A stretch of DNA of 64,000 nt, from contig CAWJOA010000006.1 in the NCBI GenBank assembly GCA_963844415.1, forward strand, positions 678,494 to 742,493, written 5' to 3'. Both the position numbers and the translations under genes were made by a program. The notes under the pieces are model-generated. The model searched no databases and had not been told where the DNA came from. It saw only the letters and a list, made by a program, of their open reading frames with translations. The stretch is from an uncultured Chloroflexia bacterium (GTDB lineage: Bacteria; Chloroflexota; Limnocylindria; QHBO01). This document shows, in pieces, positions 56,572 through 64,000 of this stretch (position 1 is its first letter; every line of letters begins with the position of its first letter).

Positions 56572-57426
56572 GTGTCCTCGATCTGGCGGCCCGTCCGAGA
56601 GCGCGCGCCTGCGCGCAGCCTGATGGTGATCGTCGCCCATCCGGGTGACGAGGCCTTCGGATTCGGGGGCGCGATCGCGAGCGCGGCAGCCGACGGCGCC
56701 TACGTCGTCGTCGTCTGCGTCACCCGGGGATGGTTCGACCCCCGCCTGACCGATAAGCCGCCCGCGCCGGGCGGCAAGAACCGCGACCTCAAGCTCGGCC
56801 AGGTGAACTGGCGCAACCTCGACACCGTCCGCGAGGACGAGCTGCGCCGATCCGTGGCCGTGCTCGGCGTGCGCGTGGTGCGGATGCTCGACTACGCCGA
56901 GGGTGAGCTCGATCGGGCCGACTTCGACCACCTCGTCGGCCGCATCGTGGAGCCGATCCGGATGCACCGCCCGGAGGTGATTCTCTCGTTCGGACCCGAC
57001 GGGATCACCGGCGACACCGACCACGTCGTCCTCTCCCGCGCCGTGAGCGCCGCCTACCGGCGCGCGGCGGAGCCGATGGCCTACGAGGAGGTCATCGAGG
57101 AGGACCAGGTCGCCTGGCGCGCCGCCAAGCTCTACCAGCTCGTCGTGCCGCCCTCGACCGTCTCGACGCTCGGCCCGCGGGGACCGGGCGAGGGCTATGG
57201 CTCCGAGGTCGAGCCGACGCTCGCCCTCGAGCTCGGGGAGCTGGCTCAGCTGAAGCTCGCCGCCATCAGCCGCCACGTGTCGCAGACCGGCTCCGCGGGC
57301 CCATTCCACGACTGGGGCGCCGAGGCCCGCGACGCGTACCTCGCCACGGAGCACTACCGGCTGGCGGCCAGCGCGGCGGGGATCGGCGCCGCCGCCGAGC
57401 AGAGCCTCTTCGACGGCTTGGCCTAG
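56572..57426 (+). CDS. PIG-L (LmbE-like) family deacetylase
   Basis: LMVIVAHPGDEAFGFGGAIA and GDTDHVVLSRA. Confidence 0.85.
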   Translation: MSSIWRPVRERAPARSLMVIVAHPGDEAFGFGGAIASAAADGAYVVVVCVTRGWFDPRLTDKPPAPGGKNRDLKLGQVNWRNLDTVREDELRRSVAVLGVRVVRMLDYAEGELDRADFDHLVGRIVEPIRMHRPEVILSFGPDGITGDTDHVVLSRAVSAAYRRAAEPMAYEEVIEEDQVAWRAAKLYQLVVPPSTVSTLGPRGPGEGYGSEVEPTLALELGELAQLKLAAISRHVSQTGSAGPFHDWGAEARDAYLATEHYRLAASAAGIGAAAEQSLFDGLA

Positions 57427-57716
57427 GCGCCAGGCCGTTCCGGCGCCGCGGGGAGTCCTTAAGCGACCGTTATCGCGAACGAAGCGCCGCGGAGGGACGC
57501 GCGATGCTCGTTTCGAGCCGCTAGGCGGCTCGATCGGCGCACGACCGCGGGTCGCCGGTCCCGTCATTCGCGTTAGCAACCGCTGAGCGACCAGGGGCGC
57601 GCGCCCGATGGCGCGTCGTGCTCGGGCAAGCTGGGTGGCGTCGAAGTCGCTTGGAGCGACCTCTGCTACGCTCAACGGGCCGCATCGGCCCCGCATCGAG
57701 GTGCTCCGAGCTCCCC

Positions 57717-58826
57717 ATGGCCAACCAGCTCACCGACGAGAACATCCTCGCCGCGCTCGGCGGGGTGAAGGATCCCGAGATCGGGCGAGACCTCGTCTCG
57801 CTCGGCATGGTCAAGAACATCACGATCGACGGCAGCGTCGTCGACCTGACCGTCGAGCTCACCACGCCCGCGTGCCCGCTCAAGGCGACGATCGAGAGCG
57901 ACATCGGTGACGCGCTCACCGGCCTCGGCGCGAGTCTCGTACGCGTCGACTGGGCGAGCAACGTGAAGCGCAGCTTCGGTGGCCCGGCCGCCGACCTCAT
58001 TCCCGGCGTGCGCAACACGATCGCCGTGGCGTCGGGCAAGGGCGGCGTCGGCAAGTCGACGGTCGCGGTCAACCTGGCGGTCAGCCTGGCGCGCGACGGC
58101 GCGAAGGTCGGCCTGCTCGACGCCGACATCACCGGCCCGAACGTCCCCCTCATGATGGGCACGCAGGGCGCCCACGTGACCGGTGCCGGCGGTCGCCCGA
58201 ACCCGGTCGTCGCGCACGGCGTGCAGATGATGAGCATCCAGTACTTCCTCCAGGCCGATGCCCCGGTCATCTGGCGCGGACCGCTCATCCACAGCGCGAT
58301 CGCGCAGTTCCTGCGGGACGTGGAGTGGGGCGAGCTCGACTACCTCGTCATCGACCTGCCGCCGGGGACCGGCGACGCCGCCCTCAGCCTCAGCCAGCTC
58401 ATCCCGCTCACCGGCGCGGTCATCGTCACCACGCCGCAGGAGGTGAGCCTCCTCGATGCGCGCAAGGCGATCGGGATGTTCTCGAAGGTCAACGTGCGCA
58501 CGCTTGGCGTCATCGAGAACATGAGCGGCTTCATCTGCCCCGACTGTGGCAGCGAGCACGACATCTTCGGATCGGGCGGCGGGGCGAAGATCGCCCGCGA
58601 GCTCGAGCTCGACGTCCTCGGCCGTATCCCGCTCGAGCCGGGTGTGCGCGCGGGCGGCGACGCCGGCGTGCCGATCACCTCGACGCAGTACCCCGGTGGC
58701 GAGGACTCGAAGGCGGCGCAGGCGCTGCGCGAGGTGGCGCGGACCGTGGCCGGGCGGGTCAGCGTGCTCGCGGCTCCCGCGATGATGTCCGGCGCCGTGG
58801 CGGAGGCCCCGATCGCTTCGGCGTAG
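57717..58826 (+). CDS. mrp: Mrp/NBP35 (ApbC) family Fe-S cluster carrier ATPase
   Basis: N-terminal DUF59-like VKDPEIGRDLVSLGMV, deviant Walker A ASGKGGVGKST, and CPDCGSEHDIFG. The track ORF is extended to 57618. Confidence 0.9.
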   Translation: MANQLTDENILAALGGVKDPEIGRDLVSLGMVKNITIDGSVVDLTVELTTPACPLKATIESDIGDALTGLGASLVRVDWASNVKRSFGGPAADLIPGVRNTIAVASGKGGVGKSTVAVNLAVSLARDGAKVGLLDADITGPNVPLMMGTQGAHVTGAGGRPNPVVAHGVQMMSIQYFLQADAPVIWRGPLIHSAIAQFLRDVEWGELDYLVIDLPPGTGDAALSLSQLIPLTGAVIVTTPQEVSLLDARKAIGMFSKVNVRTLGVIENMSGFICPDCGSEHDIFGSGGGAKIARELELDVLGRIPLEPGVRAGGDAGVPITSTQYPGGEDSKAAQALREVARTVAGRVSVLAAPAMMSGAVAEAPIASA

Positions 58827-58859
58827 GCGTGCGCTGCGGGCCTCCCTCGTCGACCACCA

Positions 58860-58990
58860 GTCAGATTCATATGGGAGCCGCACTACCGATGCGGATCCCG
58901 TCTGATTCCGGCGCCCTGCAGGGTGACAGCCGCAGTTGGAGCCCCCGTCCCTGAAGCGGCCGTGTACTGCGGCCCTCGGATGAATCTGAC
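58860..58990. other. 131-nt intergenic element closed by an 11-bp inverted repeat (structured RNA or MITE-like element)
   Basis: GTCAGATTCAT (58860-58870) pairs with ATGAATCTGAC (58980-58990). Nested stems are CCGCA/TGCGG (58878-58894), CCC-tgca-GGG (58914-58923) and GCCGCAGT/ACTGCGGC (58929-58973). Confidence 0.45.
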
Positions 58991-59092
58991 GGAATGCGGC
59001 CCCCGGACGCCGCCGCCGAACGACGTACCGGTCCGATAGTCCCGCGGCGCACCGGACCCGCGCGGGGGATTGCCCCGGACTCGCGCAGGCCT

Positions 59093-59098
59093 GAGAAT
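59093..59098 (+). promoter_or_regulatory. -10-like hexamer GAGAAT 7 nt upstream of ATG 59106 (leaderless-type promoter)
   Basis: cctGAGAATccgcgccATG. Confidence 0.4.
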
Positions 59099-59105
59099 CC
59101 GCGCC

Positions 59106-59852
59106 ATGCGAATTGCGGTGATCGGGGACATCCACGCCAACCTGCCCGCGTTGCGGGCCGTGATCGACGACGTCGCCCGCATCGGTGCCGATGCGATCTA
59201 CTGCGTCGGAGATCTCGTCGGCAGGGGACCGCATCCGAACGAGGTCGTCGACGAGTTCCGCCGCCTCGAGATCCCGACCGTGCAGGGCAACTGGGACGAG
59301 GCAGTCGGCATGGATCGCGAGCAGACCGGAGCGGCATGGGCCACGGCCAAGGCCGAGGCCGAGGGCAACGCCTCGATGCGCTGGTCGGCCGAGGTCCTGA
59401 CCGAGGACAACAAGGCCTGGCTGCGGCAGCTGCCGCAGACGATGCGGGTGTCGCTCGGCGGACGATCGGTCTTCCTCTTCCACGGCGCGCCGTACCGGCA
59501 GGCCGAGTACCTGTGGGCAGCGCGGCCCTCGCGCGTCTTCGCGCGGCTGGCGAGCGACGAGGCCGACGACCTGTTCTGCTTCGGCCACACCCACGAGGCC
59601 TGGCACCGGGTCGTCGGGCAGGCACACGTCGTGGCCTGTGGCTCCGTCGGCTGCGGGACCGATGGCGACGCGCGCGCACGCTACGCGGTCGTGTACATCG
59701 GCGAGCCCGACATCTCCGTCGGATTCCGATCGGTCGACTACGACCACGTCGCGGTGGTGCGCGACATGGCGGCCGCGGGTCAGTCGATCGACCTGCTGCG
59801 CGAGCCGCCGGCGACGCACCCGCATCTGCCGACCGAGGTCGCCCCCGCCTAG
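59106..59852 (+). CDS. metallophosphoesterase (YfcE-like)
   Basis: MRIAVIGDIHAN, VGDLVGRGP, QGNWD, FGHTHE. The track ORF starts at 59070. Confidence 0.85.
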   Translation: MRIAVIGDIHANLPALRAVIDDVARIGADAIYCVGDLVGRGPHPNEVVDEFRRLEIPTVQGNWDEAVGMDREQTGAAWATAKAEAEGNASMRWSAEVLTEDNKAWLRQLPQTMRVSLGGRSVFLFHGAPYRQAEYLWAARPSRVFARLASDEADDLFCFGHTHEAWHRVVGQAHVVACGSVGCGTDGDARARYAVVYIGEPDISVGFRSVDYDHVAVVRDMAAAGQSIDLLREPPATHPHLPTEVAPA

Positions 59853-60850
59853 CCGATCGGCGCCAGCCGCTCCCTGAGCGCGGCGCGGGTCGAGTCGTCG
59901 CAGAAGACCCGCTCCACCGACGCCGTGTGGATGCGGCGGATCTCGTCCGGCCCGAGGCCGACGTCCGTCGTGAGGTGGGCGATCTCGGCCGACAGCGGCG
60001 CGCCCGTCGTCGTTGGGTCGTCGTCGCCGATCACGACCTCGCACCCGGCCTCCAGGAACGCGCGGATCGGGTGCTCCGCGTACGACGCCACGGCGCCGGT
60101 GAGCACGTTCGAGGTCGGGCATTGCTCGAAGCAGATGCCCGCATCGGCCGCCCAGCGCAGGATCTCGCGGTCGTCGATGGCCCGGATCCCGTGGCCGATG
60201 CGCCGCACGCCGAGCCGCTCGACTGCGTCGCGGGCGTGCTGCGCCGTACCGGCCTCGGCGGCGTGCGCGGTCAGGCCCAGCCCGGCCGCCGCGGCGATCC
60301 CGAACGGGCGCACCATCGGCTCGACCGACGGGAAGCGGAGCTCGTCGCCGGCGACGTCGAAGCCGACCACCCCCTGACCGGCGTGGCCGGCCGCCGCACG
60401 CGCCACCTCCTCGTTCGTGTCGCCGTCGTGGTGCCGCAGTGCGCAGACGACGAGGCCTGCGGGCAGGCCCGAGCGCCGGGTCCCCTCGCGCACGCCGGCT
60501 GCGGCCGCGCCGATCACCTCGCCGATGCTCATCGTCGAGGCGTGGGTCGCCGGGCCGAACCGCAGCTCGAGGTACGCCACGCCGTCCGCGGCGGCGTCCT
60601 CGACCGCCTCGGCCACGATCCGCGCGACGGCGTCGGGAGTCGCGAACAGGGGGTAGGCCGCCGCGACGTGCTCGAGGAACGTCGTGAGCGTGCCCGCCTC
60701 GCGCATCCGCAGAGCCGCCTCCCACCCGCCGGACGGTGCAGGGACTCCGTGTGCCTCGGCCAGCTCGGCGGCCGTCTGCGGGCGGATGGTGCCCTCGAGG
60801 TGGGTATGCAGGTTCAGGCCGACCGCGGCTCGTGTGGCGGGATCGGTCAC
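59849..60850 (-). CDS. adenosine deaminase family protein (second paralogue)
   Basis: GTG 60850 overlaps the upstream stop (GTGA). LHTHLEGTIRP, TAHAAE, RIGHGI, CPTSN, GDDDP. Confidence 0.85.
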   Translation of the reverse strand: MTDPATRAAVGLNLHTHLEGTIRPQTAAELAEAHGVPAPSGGWEAALRMREAGTLTTFLEHVAAAYPLFATPDAVARIVAEAVEDAAADGVAYLELRFGPATHASTMSIGEVIGAAAAGVREGTRRSGLPAGLVVCALRHHDGDTNEEVARAAAGHAGQGVVGFDVAGDELRFPSVEPMVRPFGIAAAAGLGLTAHAAEAGTAQHARDAVERLGVRRIGHGIRAIDDREILRWAADAGICFEQCPTSNVLTGAVASYAEHPIRAFLEAGCEVVIGDDDPTTTGAPLSAEIAHLTTDVGLGPDEIRRIHTASVERVFCDDSTRAALRERLAPIG

Positions 60851-61614
60851 AGCGAGAGGGCGACCGCCGTCCTCAGCGCGACCTCGATGCTGTGATGCCA
60901 GCCCGCGGCGAGCCGGTCGTGGGTGTCGTACACGCTGGCGCCCTCGACGAGGTTGCTCGACACGGCGCAGATCATGCCGGCGCGGAACCCGCGCTGGCGG
61001 GCGACGACGAAGAGCGCCGAGCTCTCCATCTCGACGTTCAGGAGGCCGAGCTCCGACATCTGCGTCGTCCACGCGGGGGACTCGGCGTAGAACGCGTCAT
61101 CGGTGGCGTTGAGGCCGGCGTGGACCGCGTAGTCGGCGCCGTCGGCGAGGGTCCGCGCCTCCTGCTCGAGGCGCAGCGCGATCTCGAGGTCGGGGACCGC
61201 GGGGTAGCCCTTGGGCACGTAGGCGTCGGACGTGCCGTCGTTGCGGTACGAGCCCTGGCTGACGATCAGGTCGCCGGGCTGGATCCCCGGCTGGAGCGCG
61301 GCGGTGCTGCCGACGCGGATCATCGACGTGACGCCCACGCGGAACAGCTCCTCGGCGGCGATCGCGGTCGAGGGGCAGCCCATCCCGGTCGAGGTCGCGG
61401 TGATCTCGCGGCCACCGAACGTGCCGACCATCGTCCGATGCTCTCGCTTGTGGGCGACCTCGCGCACGTCGGTCAGGTGCTCGGCGATGAGCGGCACCCG
61501 GAACGGGTCGCCGGGCAGCAGCGCGATGGTGCTCACCTCGCCCGGCGCGACCCCGATGTGGAACTGGCGAACGTCGCGGCCCACGGCGCTCTTGTCGAGC
61601 ACGGTGTCACCCAT
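60847..61614 (-). CDS. purine/uridine nucleoside phosphorylase (PNP_UDP_1 family)
   Basis: ALLPGDPFRV, TSTGMGCPSTAIAAEEL, IRVGSTAAL, NVEMESSALF. Confidence 0.85.
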   Translation of the reverse strand: MGDTVLDKSAVGRDVRQFHIGVAPGEVSTIALLPGDPFRVPLIAEHLTDVREVAHKREHRTMVGTFGGREITATSTGMGCPSTAIAAEELFRVGVTSMIRVGSTAALQPGIQPGDLIVSQGSYRNDGTSDAYVPKGYPAVPDLEIALRLEQEARTLADGADYAVHAGLNATDDAFYAESPAWTTQMSELGLLNVEMESSALFVVARQRGFRAGMICAVSSNLVEGASVYDTHDRLAAGWHHSIEVALRTAVALSL

Positions 61615-61617
61615 CGA

Positions 61618-62697
61618 TCAGGATTGGCCTTCCTTGGCGTACGGTCGGCCGACCGCCGCCGGCGCGATGCTGCGGCCCACGACGCCGGCCAGGATCACGA
61701 TCGTGACGATGTACGGCAGCGCGCCGTACACCTGCGACGGAACGGCGGCCATGATCGCGCCGAGGTCGGGATAGGCATCGCCCGGCGGCCGGATGCGAAC
61801 GGCCTGCCCGAAGGCGCCCGAGTACGCGAACAGGAGCGCGCCGGCGAAGGCGCCGATCGGGGTCCAGCGGCCGAAGATGACGGCAGCGAGCGCGATGAAC
61901 CCGCGGCCGGCGGTCATGCCGTTCTGGAAGGAGCCGGTGCCCTCGAGGGTGAGGTACGCGCCGGCAAGCCCGGCGAACACGCCGGCGATGATGACGTTCC
62001 GATAGCGGAGCCGGATGACGTCGATGCCGACCGTGTCCGCGGCGCGCGGGTGCTCGCCAACGGCGCGGGTCCGCAGCCCCCATCGCGAGCGGAACAGGAG
62101 GACCTGCAGGACGAGCACGAACACGATGACGCTCATCGCGATCGGCCCCTGCTCGATGAACATCTCGAGAATCCAGCCGATGACCGGGATGTCGACGACC
62201 TCCTGCGGCAGGCGGAACGTCTCGAACGTCCCGGCTCCGAGGCGCGGGTTCGGAGAGATCAACAGGCGGTTGAGGTAGCCGGTGAGGCCGATCGCGGCGA
62301 CGTTGATGATGACGCCGCTGATGATCTGGTCGGCGCCGATCGAGATCGACAGCCACGCGTGCAGCGCGGAGAGAACCATCGCGGCCAGGATGGCGACGAG
62401 GACCCCGACGAGCAGCGCCGGGGTCGCCGCGAACGGGCCGGCCCAGGGATCGACGGGGAACGCCTGGTGCCAGAGGCCGGCCGCCAGGAATCCGGCGAAC
62501 GCCGCCGACAGCATCATGCCCTCGATGCCGATGTTCACGATTCCCGACCGCTCGTTCATGACGCCGCACATGGCCCCGAGCGCGATCGGCGCCGCCAGGC
62601 CGAGCACGATCGGCGCGATCCCGGGCGTGACCTCGACGACGTAGCCGAGGAACTGGAAGATGACCCCGAGGATCGGGATCCCGTACACGACCTCCAT
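61618..62697 (-). CDS. ABC transporter permease (BMP/nucleoside-type, YufQ/NupQ-like)
   Basis: 359-aa polytopic ORF of the BPD_transp_2 (LivH-like) type, sitting within the nucleoside-salvage context. Confidence 0.8.
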   Translation of the reverse strand: MEVVYGIPILGVIFQFLGYVVEVTPGIAPIVLGLAAPIALGAMCGVMNERSGIVNIGIEGMMLSAAFAGFLAAGLWHQAFPVDPWAGPFAATPALLVGVLVAILAAMVLSALHAWLSISIGADQIISGVIINVAAIGLTGYLNRLLISPNPRLGAGTFETFRLPQEVVDIPVIGWILEMFIEQGPIAMSVIVFVLVLQVLLFRSRWGLRTRAVGEHPRAADTVGIDVIRLRYRNVIIAGVFAGLAGAYLTLEGTGSFQNGMTAGRGFIALAAVIFGRWTPIGAFAGALLFAYSGAFGQAVRIRPPGDAYPDLGAIMAAVPSQVYGALPYIVTIVILAGVVGRSIAPAAVGRPYAKEGQS

Positions 62698-63854
62698 CAG
62701 GTTGGCGTCCCGCTGCCGTAGCTCTTCGTGACCGTCTGGAGCTCCGTCGGCTCAGCGCCCGGAGCGCGGATGCGAAGGACGCGCCGGATGAGCACATCGG
62801 CCGCGAGGAAGAGGAGGATCGTGGCCTGGATGACGTCGATGATCTCGACCGGGATGCCGGCCTCGATCTGCATGAGCCCGGATCCGGCGCGCATCGCGCC
62901 GAATAGCAGCGCCGCGAGCATGATCCCGACCGGATGCGCGCGGCCGAGGAGGGCCACCGAGATCGAGTCGAATCCGATCGAGGTGCCGTACGAGGCGGTC
63001 ATGAACCCGCTGATGCCGAGGATCTGGCCGGCGCCGGCCAGGCCGGCCAGGAGCCCGCACAGCGACATCGTGAGGATCGTCAGGAAGGCGGGGTGCATGC
63101 CGGCGTAGCGCGCGGCGTCGGGGTTGGCGCCCACCGTGCGGATCTCGAACCCGAGCGTACTGCGCCAGAGGAGCCACCAGACCACGGGGACGAGGGCGAA
63201 GGCGATGAAGACGCCGAGGTGGATGCCGGTGTCGAAGAACGTCGGGTACGCGGCGTTCCCGACGGGCCCGGTTCGCGAGAACGAGAACCCCGGCGCCTCG
63301 AGCGGTCCGGTGATGAGGTAACCGATGAGGGCGCCGGCGATGAAGTTGAGCATGATCGTGGTCACGACTTCGTGCGCCCCGGTCCATGCCTTGAGCGCGC
63401 CCGGGATGAACCCCCAGCCGGCGCCGAGCGCCGCGCCGGCCAGGACCGCCGCCGGGATGGCGATGATCGGCGGCGCGCCGGCCACGTAGGCGCCGACCGC
63501 CGCCGCGCCGAGCGCGCCCATGAGGAACTGGCCCTGTGCGCCGATGTTGAAGAGGCCGGCCTTGAAGCCGAGCCCGACGGCCATGCCGCCGAGGATGAGC
63601 GGCGTGGCGGCGAGGATCGTGAAGGTGATGCCGCGGACGCTGCCGAACGCGCCCTCGAGCAGGTTCGCGTAGGCCTGCAGTGGCAGCAGCAGGTCCAGGT
63701 CACCGGTGAGGAGGCTGGAGAGGAGGATGACGATGGCCCCGACGATGAGCCCGCCGAGGATGGCGGCCAGCGGGATGATCGAGAGGCGGATGAGCCGCGC
63801 GATCGGCCCCTGCCGTGGGCGCGCCGGTGGCTGCGCTTCGGTGGCGGCCGTCAC
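62697..63854 (-). CDS. ABC transporter permease (BMP/nucleoside-type, YufP/NupP-like)
   Basis: 385-aa polytopic ORF with a 1-nt overlap onto the downstream permease. GTG 63854 overlaps the ATPase stop. Confidence 0.8.
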   Translation of the reverse strand: MTAATEAQPPARPRQGPIARLIRLSIIPLAAILGGLIVGAIVILLSSLLTGDLDLLLPLQAYANLLEGAFGSVRGITFTILAATPLILGGMAVGLGFKAGLFNIGAQGQFLMGALGAAAVGAYVAGAPPIIAIPAAVLAGAALGAGWGFIPGALKAWTGAHEVVTTIMLNFIAGALIGYLITGPLEAPGFSFSRTGPVGNAAYPTFFDTGIHLGVFIAFALVPVVWWLLWRSTLGFEIRTVGANPDAARYAGMHPAFLTILTMSLCGLLAGLAGAGQILGISGFMTASYGTSIGFDSISVALLGRAHPVGIMLAALLFGAMRAGSGLMQIEAGIPVEIIDVIQATILLFLAADVLIRRVLRIRAPGAEPTELQTVTKSYGSGTPT

Positions 63855-64000
63855 GGTGCCTGCTCCAGGTCGGTGCTCATGCTCTTCGTCTGGGCCTCGA
63901 GCGGGACCCGGCCGCCGGTCGCCATGAGCAGGCCGATCTCCTCCTTGTCGGCCTGTCGAGCGTCGACGATCGACACCAGCTCGCCACGGTACATGACCCC
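63851..64000 (-). CDS. 3' end of an ABC transporter ATP-binding protein (partial, runs off the window)
   Basis: The minus frame reads GVMYRGELVSIVDARQADKEEIGLLMATGGRVPLEAQ...stop at 63851-63853, typical of the C-terminus of BMP-type (RnsA/NupO-like) double ATPases. Confidence 0.6.
   Translation of the reverse strand, partial: GVMYRGELVSIVDARQADKEEIGLLMATGGRVPLEAQTKSMSTDLEQAP

Noticed and set aside
1-64000. CRISPR arrays, IS elements, integrases, prophage or toxin-antitoxin modules
   Set aside because: I scanned both strands for regularly spaced direct repeats, transposase or integrase-like ORFs, and terminal inverted repeats. I found none apart from the single 131-nt element at 58860-58990.

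Overview
High-GC sequence (about 70% by eye, not computed), bacterial and very tightly packed, with an Actinomycetota- or Chloroflexota-like gene repertoire. I can support about 70 CDS. I recognised no rRNA, tRNA, CRISPR array, IS element or prophage. Most neighbouring genes are joined by ATGA/GTGA/TGATG stop-start overlaps.

Main blocks in order:
- Orphan Dpp/Opp-type permease pair.
- Phosphohexomutase, PGI/PMI and a SWIM protein.
- Complete peptide-type ABC importer.
- Minus-strand operon: ABC ATPase, ABC-2 permease, trpS, AI-2E transporter.
- A 13-gene unit: birA, ECF sigma, anti-sigma-like gene, accD, accA, BCCP-like gene, fabD, accC, fabZ, fabF, accB, fabH, fabG.
- sodN-sodX (nickel SOD and its maturation protease).
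- deoC, DsbA-like gene, hypothetical gene, ECF sigma, ogt.
- ALDH, cupin, truncated ALDH-like gene.
- corA; a CGNR zinc-finger gene divergent from two unlisted small ORFs.
- polX, membrane protein, TPR protein, and a 926-aa methyltransferase/Zn-ribbon/nuclease-like protein.
- CsoR/RcnR-family repressor with a perfect 19-bp operator-like palindrome.
- ABC exporters; a DUF255 thioredoxin-domain protein; a ccsA operon.
- Nucleoside-salvage cluster: two adenosine-deaminase paralogues, a nucleoside phosphorylase, and BMP-type ABC permeases and ATPase.

Most notable observations:
1. A second BCCP-like protein inside the acc/fab operon has Gly in place of the biotinyl-lysine.
2. Four conserved genes (peptide SBP, trpS, accC, DUF255) are each broken by a single-nucleotide indel. 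Assembly error is the likeliest cause. One of these creates a false 759-aa TrpS/AI-2E fusion ORF in the supplied track.
3. A TPR/acidic-tail gene is paired with a giant atypical methyltransferase-nuclease-like gene just downstream of polX.
4. At least eight genes have a TANNNT hexamer 6-9 nt upstream of the start codon, which suggests leaderless transcripts.
5. A 131-nt intergenic element is closed by an AT-rich 11-bp inverted repeat.

All functional calls rest on motif recognition by eye. No database search was possible.
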